Assembly (NCBI GenBank): GCA_963780185.1
Contig: CAWABA010000001.1
Location: 265,621 to 329,620 of the forward strand
DNA from: Candidatus Bathyarchaeota archaeon
GTDB taxonomy: Archaea; Thermoproteota; Bathyarchaeia; Bathyarchaeales; Bathycorpusculaceae
Direction: 5' to 3'
Length of the DNA stretch: 64,000 nt
The notes below the pieces were generated by a model. That model ran no database searches and had not been told where the DNA came from. It saw nothing but the letters and a program-made list of their open reading frames with translations. Each line of letters starts with the position of its first letter. Position 1 is the stretch's first letter. Of the stretch, positions 11,790-20,828 are shown one piece after another. The translations under genes were made by a program, and so were the position numbers.

Positions 11790-12278
11790 TTACTCAAACA
11801 CTCCGTAGGAGACCTTGTGGTTGGCTATTGCGTCGCGGATCGACTTCTGGTGTTCATTTAGCCTGGCGGCTCCGCTTTTAACTTCCACAAAACTTAGTGA
11901 TTCTACTTTTCCGTTTGACAAGCCGTTAAAGATTAGCATATCGATGGGGTCACCTAATACTTTGGTGTCTGGCACCACCCATTTGAAGTCTTTTGCAACT
12001 GGCAGTACTTTTTCTAGGGTCTTGCCGATGTTGACGCCTGCGGTTATTTTTGCTGTCCTTTCGGTTATTTGCTTCAGTTGTTTTGCTAATTCGGCTTTTC
12101 GTTCCTCTATTGTTTTTTGATATTCAGTTTGTACTTCAATTGCCTGTTTTGGAAAGGGTTTTGTGCCATCAAATAGAAAGGCGTCTGAAATCAAAAATTC
12201 CTCTCCACAAGGGCATATGGCAGAAAGCCCAGACGTTTTCAAATTCTCAATAACTTGCTTCGTTTCCAACTCTCTCAC
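11790..12278 (-). CDS. Holliday-junction-resolvase-like endonuclease (Endonuc_Holl/COG4741 type)
   Basis: GKTLEKVLP, LGDPIDMLIFNG, FVEVKSG, LNEHQKSIRDAI; N-terminal CPCG and coiled coil. Confidence 0.85.
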   Translation of the reverse strand: MRELETKQVIENLKTSGLSAICPCGEEFLISDAFLFDGTKPFPKQAIEVQTEYQKTIEERKAELAKQLKQITERTAKITAGVNIGKTLEKVLPVAKDFKWVVPDTKVLGDPIDMLIFNGLSNGKVESLSFVEVKSGAARLNEHQKSIRDAIANHKVSYGVFE

Positions 12279-12510
12279 CTATCGCTTGCCTATTGACTTG
12301 TTCTAAGCTTAAATTTATTGTATTTCTGGGGCTAACTATACTAAATCAAAATTAAGCTCTATCAAACAAAAAATAATATCGAAAAAGACTTATCACCCGA
12401 AAATTTACAGCCTTAACCATCGCCTAAGTTATCAGGACGACGACCATTGTTCGGTTGTTTTAAATAGCTCTTACTTGAATAGGTGATTAAAGTAAAAATT
12501 GGGCTAAGAT

Positions 12511-12924
12511 ATGGAAATCGATACTGTTTTAGCCATAATCACGGCTCTAACGTCATTTACTACAGCCACCGTTCTCATTTTTACGTATCGTCTAGATAAG
12601 AAAAGGGATTTGCCTCAGTTTGCGCTAATTGCTCTTAGTTTTGGTCGTCCACCCAATAGCAAGCCATATGGCATTCACATACAAAATCCTACCAAGCCTA
12701 TCAATCGCTGTCAAATCTTTTGCAATGGTTTTGCTCTTGATGTATTAAATGTCGCATATCTCAAAAAGTGGGTATATGTCCATGTAGGTGGTGAAGCAAC
12801 CTTCAGCTTACCCAACAATCTGACTGACTTAGACAATGCAGTTATTGTTATAAAAGATGGAAAAAAGAATATTTACCCAAAAGTCAAATTCAAGGATATA
12901 CCTTGCAACGTAACCGCCATCTGA
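12511..12924 (+). CDS. Hypothetical protein with N-terminal membrane anchor
   Basis: Hydrophobic N-terminal helix followed by a beta-rich domain. Confidence 0.6.
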   Translation: MEIDTVLAIITALTSFTTATVLIFTYRLDKKRDLPQFALIALSFGRPPNSKPYGIHIQNPTKPINRCQIFCNGFALDVLNVAYLKKWVYVHVGGEATFSLPNNLTDLDNAVIVIKDGKKNIYPKVKFKDIPCNVTAI

Positions 12925-12975
12925 ATAATGTCTCAATTTTGCAAAACATGAGGAAGGCGATGGCGGAATAGAATA

Positions 12976-13066
12976 TTCATCCCACGAAAGTTAACAGTTT
13001 CATTCTTGGAGAAATTCTTATCCCACGAAACTTAACGGAAAAGTTCATCCCTTAAGAACTTCACAG
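12976..13066 (+). repeat. Three imperfect ~22-bp direct repeats (consensus TTCATCCCACGAAACTTAAC)
   Basis: ttcatcccacgaaagttaacag (12976), ttatcccacgaaacttaacgg (13018), ttcatcccttaagaacttcacag (13044). Confidence 0.7.
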
Positions 13067-13144
13067 AACCTGATTTCGTAATGCTTTTATGTTTCTGTTT
13101 CATTTGGAATGGTTTGAAAAGGTTTGCAGGTGTGCGCTTTGGAT

Positions 13145-13178
13145 GGCGCTTGTTTTCTTTTGCCGCCTTTGAGTGGCG
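13145..13178 (+). repeat. Left copy of a ~34-bp imperfect direct repeat flanking gene 13258-13872
   Basis: GGCGCTTGTTTTCTTTTGCCGCCTTTGAGTGGCG matches 13883-13915. Confidence 0.7.
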
Positions 13179-13257
13179 TTAGCTGATTTTTTGCGTGGGG
13201 TATAGACAAGTCGCGCACGTTTTTCATATGATTTATAAGCGAAGAGCGCTTAGCTGA

Positions 13258-13872
13258 TTGCTAGGAGAGGAGATTACGAGGAAAACAATCGGTCTATTCG
13301 CAACTTTAACAGTTATAGTTCTATTATTAGCGGTGCCTTTTTTGGCGGGTCCAGCAAAAGCGTCTATCGTGGCTCACGAGACTGTGGACATCAAAGTTGA
13401 TTCTTCTGACTTGTGCATTCTGGTAACTAACCCTGCCAACGGACAACAAGCAGGTTACACCTCGCTCACAGGTTCAGAAATCAATACTTTTATTGGTGGT
13501 TCTGTCTGGGCAGTCGTGGTAAGCCCTCAGGAAGTCCAATTGTGCTCAGCGAACGGCTTTGAAGGCACCAACTCAATCGATTTCAACATTCTGCTATCTG
13601 ACCCTCCGGCAACTTTCACGTTAACAGTAACCCACCTTGGCTTTAATGGCAATGATGTGTGGGGTCCTAAGACTTGGAGTGGAACCATATCTCCGGGACA
13701 GACATTTACCGCTCAGTCTGGAATCGATGACAACGGCTTTGTCAAAGGCGACGGCACCTTATTTGCAGCTCCCGAGTACGCTTTAGGCGGTTTAATCGCT
13801 TTAGCAGCCAGCTTAACGGCTTTCGTGCTGTTCAAAAAACGCCAAAGCCTCCCACTGTTCAAAAAATATTAA
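13258..13872 (+). CDS. Secreted protein with PEF-CTERM-like sorting signal
   Basis: Signal peptide ending PAKA; C-terminus APEYALGGLIALAASLTAFVLFKKR (motif, TM helix, basic tail); TTTATAA box at 13232. Confidence 0.8.
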   Translation: MLGEEITRKTIGLFATLTVIVLLLAVPFLAGPAKASIVAHETVDIKVDSSDLCILVTNPANGQQAGYTSLTGSEINTFIGGSVWAVVVSPQEVQLCSANGFEGTNSIDFNILLSDPPATFTLTVTHLGFNGNDVWGPKTWSGTISPGQTFTAQSGIDDNGFVKGDGTLFAAPEYALGGLIALAASLTAFVLFKKRQSLPLFKKY

Positions 13873-13898
13873 GCGCCTTCAAGGCGCCGTTTCTTTTT
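13873..13898 (+). terminator. Inverted repeat plus T-tract after gene 13258-13872
   Basis: GCGCCTT-C-AAGGCGC followed by GTTTCTTTTT. Confidence 0.5.
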
Positions 13899-13915
13899 GC
13901 CGCCTAAGAGTGGCA
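13883..13915 (+). repeat. Right copy of the ~34-bp imperfect direct repeat
   Basis: GGCGCCGTTTCTTTTTGCCGCCTAAGAGTGGCA. Confidence 0.7.
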
Positions 13916-14060
13916 TCCAGCAGACATTTTGCCTGAAGTAGATTAGGGATTGAGGGGTTTTTCGTTCGGTTTTTCTTGCATTGATTTTGCGATTTTGCGC
14001 TTTATTTTCGATTAGCAGTTTCTTAAATGGACATTAACTTTTTGGGAGGTGAAATTTGGT

Positions 14061-14465
14061 ATGAGTAGTAAGCAGGGTTTTACTGTTCAGGTGTATCGGC
14101 GTATTTGTCATCTTCAGGATAATGTGAAGGTTGACACGCAGGTTATGAGGGACCGCTGGATTGGCGAACTTGATGAGTTGTTTGGCATGGCTACTTCGAT
14201 TGCGAAAGGCAAGGTTACGCAGCAGCAGGTTGGCGACAAGGTGCAGGCTATTTCTCCGAAGGAGAGGCAGATGTGGGCGCAGATAGCGGCGAACATCGGC
14301 ATGGTTATGGGGAATTTGTCACATCGGTACGACGAGCGGCAAATCGACAAAGACTTAGACGAACTGGAAAGATTGCTTGAAGAAGTTAAAGGGGCACAGG
14401 CCAACGAAACAAAGAATCCATCGACAGAAACGAAACCGCCCAAAGAAGACCGAACCCAGCTGTAA
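14061..14465 (+). CDS. Hypothetical helical protein, possibly virus-derived
   Basis: GGAGGTG SD upstream of ATG 14061; DTQ..R...LDELF...KERQMWAQIAA...YDERQID.DLDELERL. Confidence 0.7.
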   Translation: MSSKQGFTVQVYRRICHLQDNVKVDTQVMRDRWIGELDELFGMATSIAKGKVTQQQVGDKVQAISPKERQMWAQIAANIGMVMGNLSHRYDERQIDKDLDELERLLEEVKGAQANETKNPSTETKPPKEDRTQL

Positions 14466-14662
14466 GCGGCTTTTTGGTAAAGCTTTTGTTTCCATATTTT
14501 TATTAAATTTTTTTACATTTCATTTCTGTTGCAATGGCTTAAAATCAAATTATCTATATTATGCTGTTTCAGTACGTAGTCGAAAAACCCTTTTTTGTTG
14601 GTTTTGCGCAAAAAATATATCCTTGCGAAGCCTTTTCGATTGGCATTAAAGGGTAAGGCTAA

Positions 14663-16165
14663 TTGTCCAAACAAGCTAAGACTCGGACAGTAGAAGAGAT
14701 TAACCAAAAAATCCGTAAAGGCGACGCGCAGGTCCTAACCGCTGAAGAAATGAAGAAGCTGGTGGAGAGCAGCGGGGTTGCGGTTGCTTTTAAAGAGGTT
14801 GATGTGGTTACAACGGGAACTTTTGGCGCCATGTGCAGCAGCGGCGCAGTCATCAACTTGGGTCATTCTGACCCGCCGATAAAGATTGACCATGCATGGA
14901 TGAACGACGTGGAAGTTTGCCATCCAGGCGCCGCAGTGGACCTGTACATTGGAGCAACGAACATGTCGACTAAGCAGCCGTTTGAGTACGGCGGAGGACA
15001 CGTCATCCAAGACCTCGTCGCAGGAAAAGAAGTCGAGCTGCATGCCACGGCTTACGGAACCGACTGCTACCCAAGAACCCAACTTAAAACCAACATAACC
15101 AAAGACGACCTTAACCAGTTCCAGCTCCTCAACTTCCGCAACTGTTACCAACGCTACAACTGCGCGGTAAACACAAGCGACGAAACAATTTACACTTACA
15201 TGAGCAAGCTTTTGCCGAGGCTGCGCAACGCCACGTTTTCAGGCGCAGGCGAACTCAACCCGCTCATGAACGACCCTGACTACGAAACCATCGGCATGGG
15301 CACCCGCATCTTCCTCGGCGGGGCTCAAGGCTACGTCATCGGCGAGGGAACCCAGCATAGCCCCAAAAACCTAAACGGCACCCTTATGGTGAAGGGCGAT
15401 GCGAAGAAGATGTCGCCTGAGTTTTTGCAGGGCGCGGCTTTCACGCGTTACGGCACCTCGATGTATGTTGGCTTAGGCATCCCCATCCCGATACTTAACG
15501 AGGGCTTAGCCAAGAAAACTGGGATTCGTGACAGCGAAATCTTCACAGACGTAGTTGACTACAGTGTGCCGCGTCGAGACCGCCCCAAACTTCGGCAGGT
15601 AAGCTACAAAGAACTCAAATCAGGCTCAATAGTGGTCAACGACAAAAAAATTAGGGTCAGCAGCCTCAGCAGCATAAAGATGGCGAAGAAAGTCAGCCAG
15701 ACGCTTAAGTCATGGATTGAGGACGGCTCTTTCCTGTTGACTTCACCCATCGAGCGATTGCCCCTCGACACCGTGTTTAAGCCGATGCGGCAGACTGAGG
15801 AAATTCCCTTCGTTGTCTCAGTTATGCATCCAGCGGTTACATGCACGGAGGATGAGAAGATTCAGGCGATTGCTGAACGTATCGTCACAAAATCGGTTAA
15901 CCACATCGTCGTTATCGACGGCGCAGGCAAACTCCGCGGCATAGTTACTTCATGGGACGTTACCAGAGCTATGGCTGAAGGCAAAAAAGCATTAGCCGAC
16001 ATCGAAACCCACAACGTTGTGACTGCCAAGCCTGATGAGCCTCTCGAGATTGCGTCTAAGAGGATGGCTGAGCATAACATTTCAGCGCTGCCAGTGATTG
16101 ACATCGAAAAGAAAGTGCTGGGAATAGTCACAGCTGAAGACGTGGCTGAACTGTTAGGACGGTAA
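14663..16165 (+). CDS. L-aspartate semialdehyde sulfurtransferase (DUF39/COG1900 plus CBS pair), homocysteine biosynthesis
   Basis: VDVVTTGTFGAMCSSGA, TDCYPR, RNCYQRYN, NDPDYETIGMGTRIFLGG; two C-terminal CBS domains. Confidence 0.9.
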   Translation: MSKQAKTRTVEEINQKIRKGDAQVLTAEEMKKLVESSGVAVAFKEVDVVTTGTFGAMCSSGAVINLGHSDPPIKIDHAWMNDVEVCHPGAAVDLYIGATNMSTKQPFEYGGGHVIQDLVAGKEVELHATAYGTDCYPRTQLKTNITKDDLNQFQLLNFRNCYQRYNCAVNTSDETIYTYMSKLLPRLRNATFSGAGELNPLMNDPDYETIGMGTRIFLGGAQGYVIGEGTQHSPKNLNGTLMVKGDAKKMSPEFLQGAAFTRYGTSMYVGLGIPIPILNEGLAKKTGIRDSEIFTDVVDYSVPRRDRPKLRQVSYKELKSGSIVVNDKKIRVSSLSSIKMAKKVSQTLKSWIEDGSFLLTSPIERLPLDTVFKPMRQTEEIPFVVSVMHPAVTCTEDEKIQAIAERIVTKSVNHIVVIDGAGKLRGIVTSWDVTRAMAEGKKALADIETHNVVTAKPDEPLEIASKRMAEHNISALPVIDIEKKVLGIVTAEDVAELLGR

Positions 16166-16170
16166 AAGGC

Positions 16171-16608
16171 ATGGTTCGAATTCTACTAAGGTTCTCGGAA
16201 GAACAAGTCTCGCAGCCAATAGCAAGCCAAATAATCATTGAATATAAAATTCCCATGGTAATTCTGTCAGCGCACATAAACTCCAAAGGCGGAGAAATAA
16301 TCGCTGAAATCCCGGATGAAGCACAGGAAAAAATAATCAAGGCTTTCCGAGAAAAAGGCATCTCGGCAACGGTGCCAAAGCTAATCGAGGTTGACGCTGA
16401 AAAATGCTTCAGCTGCGGCTCATGCGTTGCCCTCTGCCCCGTCGAAGCCATAAGCATCGACAAAGATTCAGCGGTCCAATTTAACAAAGAGAAATGCGTC
16501 GGCAGCACCTGCAGCATCTGCGTAGACGCGTGCCCAGCAAGAGCCATAAAATCCATCAAGCAAACCAACGGCGACCACCCAACCACAGACAGGAAAAAAA
16601 CAAGTTGA
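16171..16608 (+). CDS. NIL domain-2x[4Fe-4S] ferredoxin subunit of the sulfurtransferase
   Basis: NIL-like N-terminus; CFSCGSCVALCP and CVGSTCSICVDACP. Confidence 0.88.
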   Translation: MVRILLRFSEEQVSQPIASQIIIEYKIPMVILSAHINSKGGEIIAEIPDEAQEKIIKAFREKGISATVPKLIEVDAEKCFSCGSCVALCPVEAISIDKDSAVQFNKEKCVGSTCSICVDACPARAIKSIKQTNGDHPTTDRKKTS

Positions 16609-17324
16609 CAAAAAAACTCCTCAAAGAAACATTTGCCCTCAAAGAAACCCAATGCACCATAATTTCCGACAAAGCAGAAGGCATCAAGGCAGCCAAGGAA
16701 TCAATCGCGCGCAGCAGGCAAGAACTCGAAATCTACATAAAAACTAACCCCAAGTTTCTCTACACGCTCAAACCGTACCCGCCGCCCCAAAAGCCGCTGG
16801 TGGCTAAACTGATGGCTCAAGCCGCGCATCAGGCAGATGTTGGACCTATGGCGGCGGTTGCAGGGGCAATTGCGGACCTTGCCGTCGACGAGATGAAGCG
16901 TGTAGGTTGCGAGGTTGCGGTGGTGGAGGATGGCGGAGAAATCTCCGCAGCTTCTAATGCGCCTGTCGACGTAGCGGTCGCGGCTGGAGATGAACCCCTG
17001 TCGAGGCGCTTCGGCTTTAGGCTCACAGAATTTCCCATAGGCGTCGCCACAAGTTCAGGGCGTTTCAGCCACGCGTTAAGCTTCGGGGACGCCGAGGCGG
17101 CGACGGTTTTCTGCAGGAACGCGGGTTTGGCGGATGCGGCAGCCACAGCCGTCGGCAACGCTGTCAAGGGCGACGCGGTTGCGGGAATTAAGGCGGGAAT
17201 CAACAGGGGAATGGCAATCGAAGGCGTCGAGGGCGTGTTGATAATTTTTATGGGAAAGGTTGGGATGGCAGGCAAGATTCCTGAAATAATCAAAGTGGAA
17301 CCTGAAGGCGAATTTGTCCTTTAA
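16605..17324 (+). CDS. UPF0280/COG2122 ApbE-like protein
   Basis: VGPMAAVAGAIAD, EDGGEI, GVATSSG..SHALSFGDA, ADAAATAVGN; TTG start overlaps the upstream stop. Confidence 0.9.
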   Translation: MTKKLLKETFALKETQCTIISDKAEGIKAAKESIARSRQELEIYIKTNPKFLYTLKPYPPPQKPLVAKLMAQAAHQADVGPMAAVAGAIADLAVDEMKRVGCEVAVVEDGGEISAASNAPVDVAVAAGDEPLSRRFGFRLTEFPIGVATSSGRFSHALSFGDAEAATVFCRNAGLADAAATAVGNAVKGDAVAGIKAGINRGMAIEGVEGVLIIFMGKVGMAGKIPEIIKVEPEGEFVL

Positions 17325-17447
17325 TCTGCGTTGGGTTGGTTGTTGCTGAGAATAGCGTAAACTTAAAGAACATAGCTGTCGAGCACAGCTTTATGAAACT
17401 AAGCAGAAAGTCGGGTTCCACACAGAAACCTCACGCTAGCTGATTGC

Positions 17448-19551
17448 ATGACGGAAAAAATTTTCAGCCCTACCGAAATCACAACGCTGACCATAGCAGT
17501 GATTCTGGTTTTCAGTTGCTTCGCGGGTACGCTTACTCCCGCAGGTGCGCAACCGCCTATCTTTCCAGCCCAACCCGCGGGTTCGGCTTCTGAAATTGCC
17601 GCTTTGGAAGCCACCGTGGAGGCTAATGGCGGCTGGAACAGCAGCTTGCAGACGCTTTACGACGGAATTGTACTGGGGCAAACAACCGTCGGTGAACTGC
17701 AAAACGCCGTGGACGCCATTGATGTTACTTCTACATCTGCAGCCGAAACCGTTTTCTACTGGTATTTTGAATTGAGCAAATTCGGGGTTCCCATCAATGA
17801 GACAACTATTGAAGCAGCGTTAAAAGTAACGACTATGTTGCCGAACATCGGCGGGTTACCTGACGACTACTCCAACTCGGGCGTTGCCTCTTTTCTTGTA
17901 TACAACAGGTACGATTTGTATGCTTACCAATGGGCTGCCCAGTTGGGTTATGAAACATCCAAATGGAACCTAACTCAAGCCTACACGGTGTTCAACAACG
18001 GCGTCAGCGAAAACGGCAAACCAGTTCTTTGTGTTGGGTCTAATGGGCAAGGCTGGGGAATAAACTACGGACCCAGATACTACGATGAAAGCGCAGAAAC
18101 CATCGATATGTACCTCACTTTTTATCAACTCGGAGTACCTGCGGCATTAACGCAAGCCGAAGACTGGTGGAACTGGACAAACTCCAACCTTTGGGAAATC
18201 GACAGCTCCACAGGCGCTGGCTACTACAAATATGCGGTCAACTGGAACACTTTTGAATGCGAGGTCGGCGGGTTTGACCAGATTACATGGAAATTATACA
18301 ACGATGACCCATCAATAACAAACGTGTCAAACTTGTTTACGGACTTGGAGACACGCGCTCTCAGCAAAGGCTGGGGCAGTCCACAATGGGGCAACTACGT
18401 CGCTGTTCACGCTGCAGATAATTCGCAAGAGCGGCTAGAAAACACTATAATGCTTTGGTCTTCTCTGCTTGGGTTCTACGGCGACATGAACCTTACTATG
18501 CAAAGCCAAGTGCAAGGCTTATTAGACGGCTCCGAGGGTCCAAGTCCAGCTTGGAGTTTGCTCACTCAAAGTCAACTGTACGACAATTCAACGGACATGT
18601 TCAGAATGCAATCGTCTGGGCCTAACAGTTCAGGCAGCGCTGAAGCGACGGCGGACGCAGCCGTATTAATGATGCTTCTGTCCACTATTCCTTGGCGGAT
18701 CACTGGCGGTGCCTCAGCAAGATTGTATCTACGAGGACATCAACAACATAATTGACGGAGGCATCAGCGGCATCAACCTGGCATCTGAAACCGTGAATGT
18801 GAGCGTCGCTCAGCCGGGCACGTTCCTTTCAACATTCGGAACGAACATTTTCCAGTACACTTTGGGCAGCAGTGGAGTTTGGCAGTTGACTTTTAGCAAA
18901 GACTGGAATAGCCTCATGAGCGAGGTTTTTGTTTCTCCGCTTCCCACTTCGAGGACCTACCTTGGGACAAACAAAAACAGCGTAATGATAAATGCCTCAA
19001 GCGACGGCGGCAGCGCAATAGCGCCGTCAGGCTTGGTCTACGTTACCCTAGGCGACAATCAAACCTTCAGTTACTCATCTGACAACGGCTACACAATTAG
19101 CCAAGTCTTAGTTGACGGTTCCCCAGTTTCAATTACAGGAACCTACACGTTCACAGACCTTCAAACCCCTCAAACTATTTCAGTGACAAGCTCTCCCGCT
19201 CCTACCCCAACCCCTAGTCCATCATCGACTCCCACTCCAAGTCCATCGCCCTCGCCGACACCAACGCCTTCGCCAACTCCCAGTCCAGAGACCTCAGCTA
19301 ATCCAACTCCCACGCCAACGGCTTCTCCCACTCCAACAGCTTCTCCAACACCTACGCCAGCAACAAGCCCAACTTCAAGCCCCACCCCGACTCCATCAAC
19401 ACCTGGCTTCACACGACTCTCGATTGGTCTGCCTGAACTTTTAGGAGTCGTAATCTTTGTGGCTGCGGTTTTGGCTGTCTCAATGTTGGTGCCGCATTAC
19501 GTTAAGTCGCGGAGAATCGGAAGCGGCGAAATGGAGAAGACATCGACTTAG
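17448..19551 (+). CDS. Secreted, membrane-anchored glycoside-hydrolase-like protein (indel near 18690)
   Basis: Signal peptide; Trp/Tyr/Asp/Glu-rich helical domain (RYYDE, FECE); small beta-sandwich repeat; Pro/Thr/Ser linker; PGF motif, TM and basic tail. Confidence 0.6.
19190..19403 (+). repeat. Pro-Thr/Pro-Ser low-complexity linker
   Basis: [26 protein letters not shown]... encoded with varied codons. Confidence 0.9.
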
Positions 19552-19740
19552 CCATGGAGCCTCAGGCTGCGGCGTGGAGTACGCTGTTTTTGCGGCGTAA
19601 ATGGAGCGTTTAGATGCCAGATGGGGCTGTTTCAGCTTGCGGACTGGGTTTTATTTTGGGGTTGGAAAACGGTGAAACCCTGATTGGTTTATGAAAACTC
19701 TTAAATTATACAATTCCCAACTGAATGCAAGGTCTCTTTC

Positions 19741-20754
19741 ATGTCATCAGACACTAACAAGCTTGAAATCCAAAGCTATGACGAAAACGCAAAAATGTTT
19801 TATGTTAAGTCGCCCAACGGAAACGTCGTGCAGGTCCAAGACACCTTCGCAGAAATGTTTCCATTGTGGGTCGGAAGAGTTCTAATCACCGCTCAAAACG
19901 AGAAATGGGCACTAATCGCCGCAAGCCTAACCACGGGTTTTGCCACAAGCGTAATTGAGGCAACTGCGGAAGCCGCAATCGAACGACCTGTTCCAGCAGA
20001 CCAAACCCCAGACAAACGACCCGGCGTATACATTCAAATTTATAATCGTGACCGTTTTGAACTTAAGCATCAACTTATGCAGCGTATCGGCCAATGCACC
20101 CTTACTTGCCCAACAACCGCAGCCTTCAACGGCTTAGTCGGCAAACGCACGTTGGACGTCGGCAACAGCCTACGCTACTTCGGCGACGGCTACCAGAAAA
20201 AAGCCATGGTCGGCGGAAGAAAATGCTGGAGAATCCCCGTGATGGAGGGCGACTTCATCGTTGAAAACGGGTTTGGCGCTATGGAAGCGGTTGCAGGCGG
20301 CAACTTTATGATTTTCGCACAAGACCAGCCTTCGGGGCTCAAAGCGGCTGAGGCGGCTGCAGACGCCATCCGAGCAAATGCTCCTGACGTAATCATGCAG
20401 TTTCCAGGCGGCGTTTGCCGTGCAGGAAGCAAAGCTGGCTCACTCAAATACAAACTGAAGGCTTCAACTAACCACCCGTACTGCCCAACCTTGCGTACGC
20501 TTGTGCCTGACACTGTTGTTCCAGAAGGCGTAACTTGCGTTTATGAAATTGTCATGAACGGCTTAACATTGGACGCAGTTAAAAAAGGCATGAAAGAGGG
20601 TGTAACCGCAGCCATCGGCGTGCCCGGTGTCGTCAAGATTTCATCTGGCAACTATGGCGGCAAGCTGGGGCCATTCAAAGCATACCTGCGAGAAGCCATC
20701 GGCGTTCCTATGCCACCGCCCGCAGCGGCTCCGCCAGCGAAGCCAAAAGCCTAA
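19741..20754 (+). CDS. ftr: Formylmethanofuran:tetrahydromethanopterin formyltransferase
   Basis: DTFAEMF, TGFATSVI, TPDKRPG, RIGQCTLTCPTTAAF, GGNF, ASTNHPYCPTL, GNYGGKLG. Confidence 0.95.
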   Translation: MSSDTNKLEIQSYDENAKMFYVKSPNGNVVQVQDTFAEMFPLWVGRVLITAQNEKWALIAASLTTGFATSVIEATAEAAIERPVPADQTPDKRPGVYIQIYNRDRFELKHQLMQRIGQCTLTCPTTAAFNGLVGKRTLDVGNSLRYFGDGYQKKAMVGGRKCWRIPVMEGDFIVENGFGAMEAVAGGNFMIFAQDQPSGLKAAEAAADAIRANAPDVIMQFPGGVCRAGSKAGSLKYKLKASTNHPYCPTLRTLVPDTVVPEGVTCVYEIVMNGLTLDAVKKGMKEGVTAAIGVPGVVKISSGNYGGKLGPFKAYLREAIGVPMPPPAAAPPAKPKA

Positions 20755-20828
20755 CGTTCCGTTTTTTGAGTCGGAACTTTTATTTGGTTCATTTTAACGT
20801 TAGTTAATCCGATTAAAGACAGAATTAT

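Larger units (their letters stand above)
9431..14660. other. AT-rich accessory island of small hypothetical and defence-like genes
   Basis: Visibly AT-richer than the flanking housekeeping genes; nuclease, protease and HEPN-like ORFs; no integrase seen; boundaries approximate. Confidence 0.55.

Noticed and set aside
12976-13066. Mini CRISPR array
   Set aside because: Repeats are degenerate, gaps are about 20 and 5 bp, and no cas genes are present
19741-20754. ftr as evidence of methanogenesis
   Set aside because: Ftr also serves the archaeal Wood-Ljungdahl methyl branch; no mcr or mtr genes in the window
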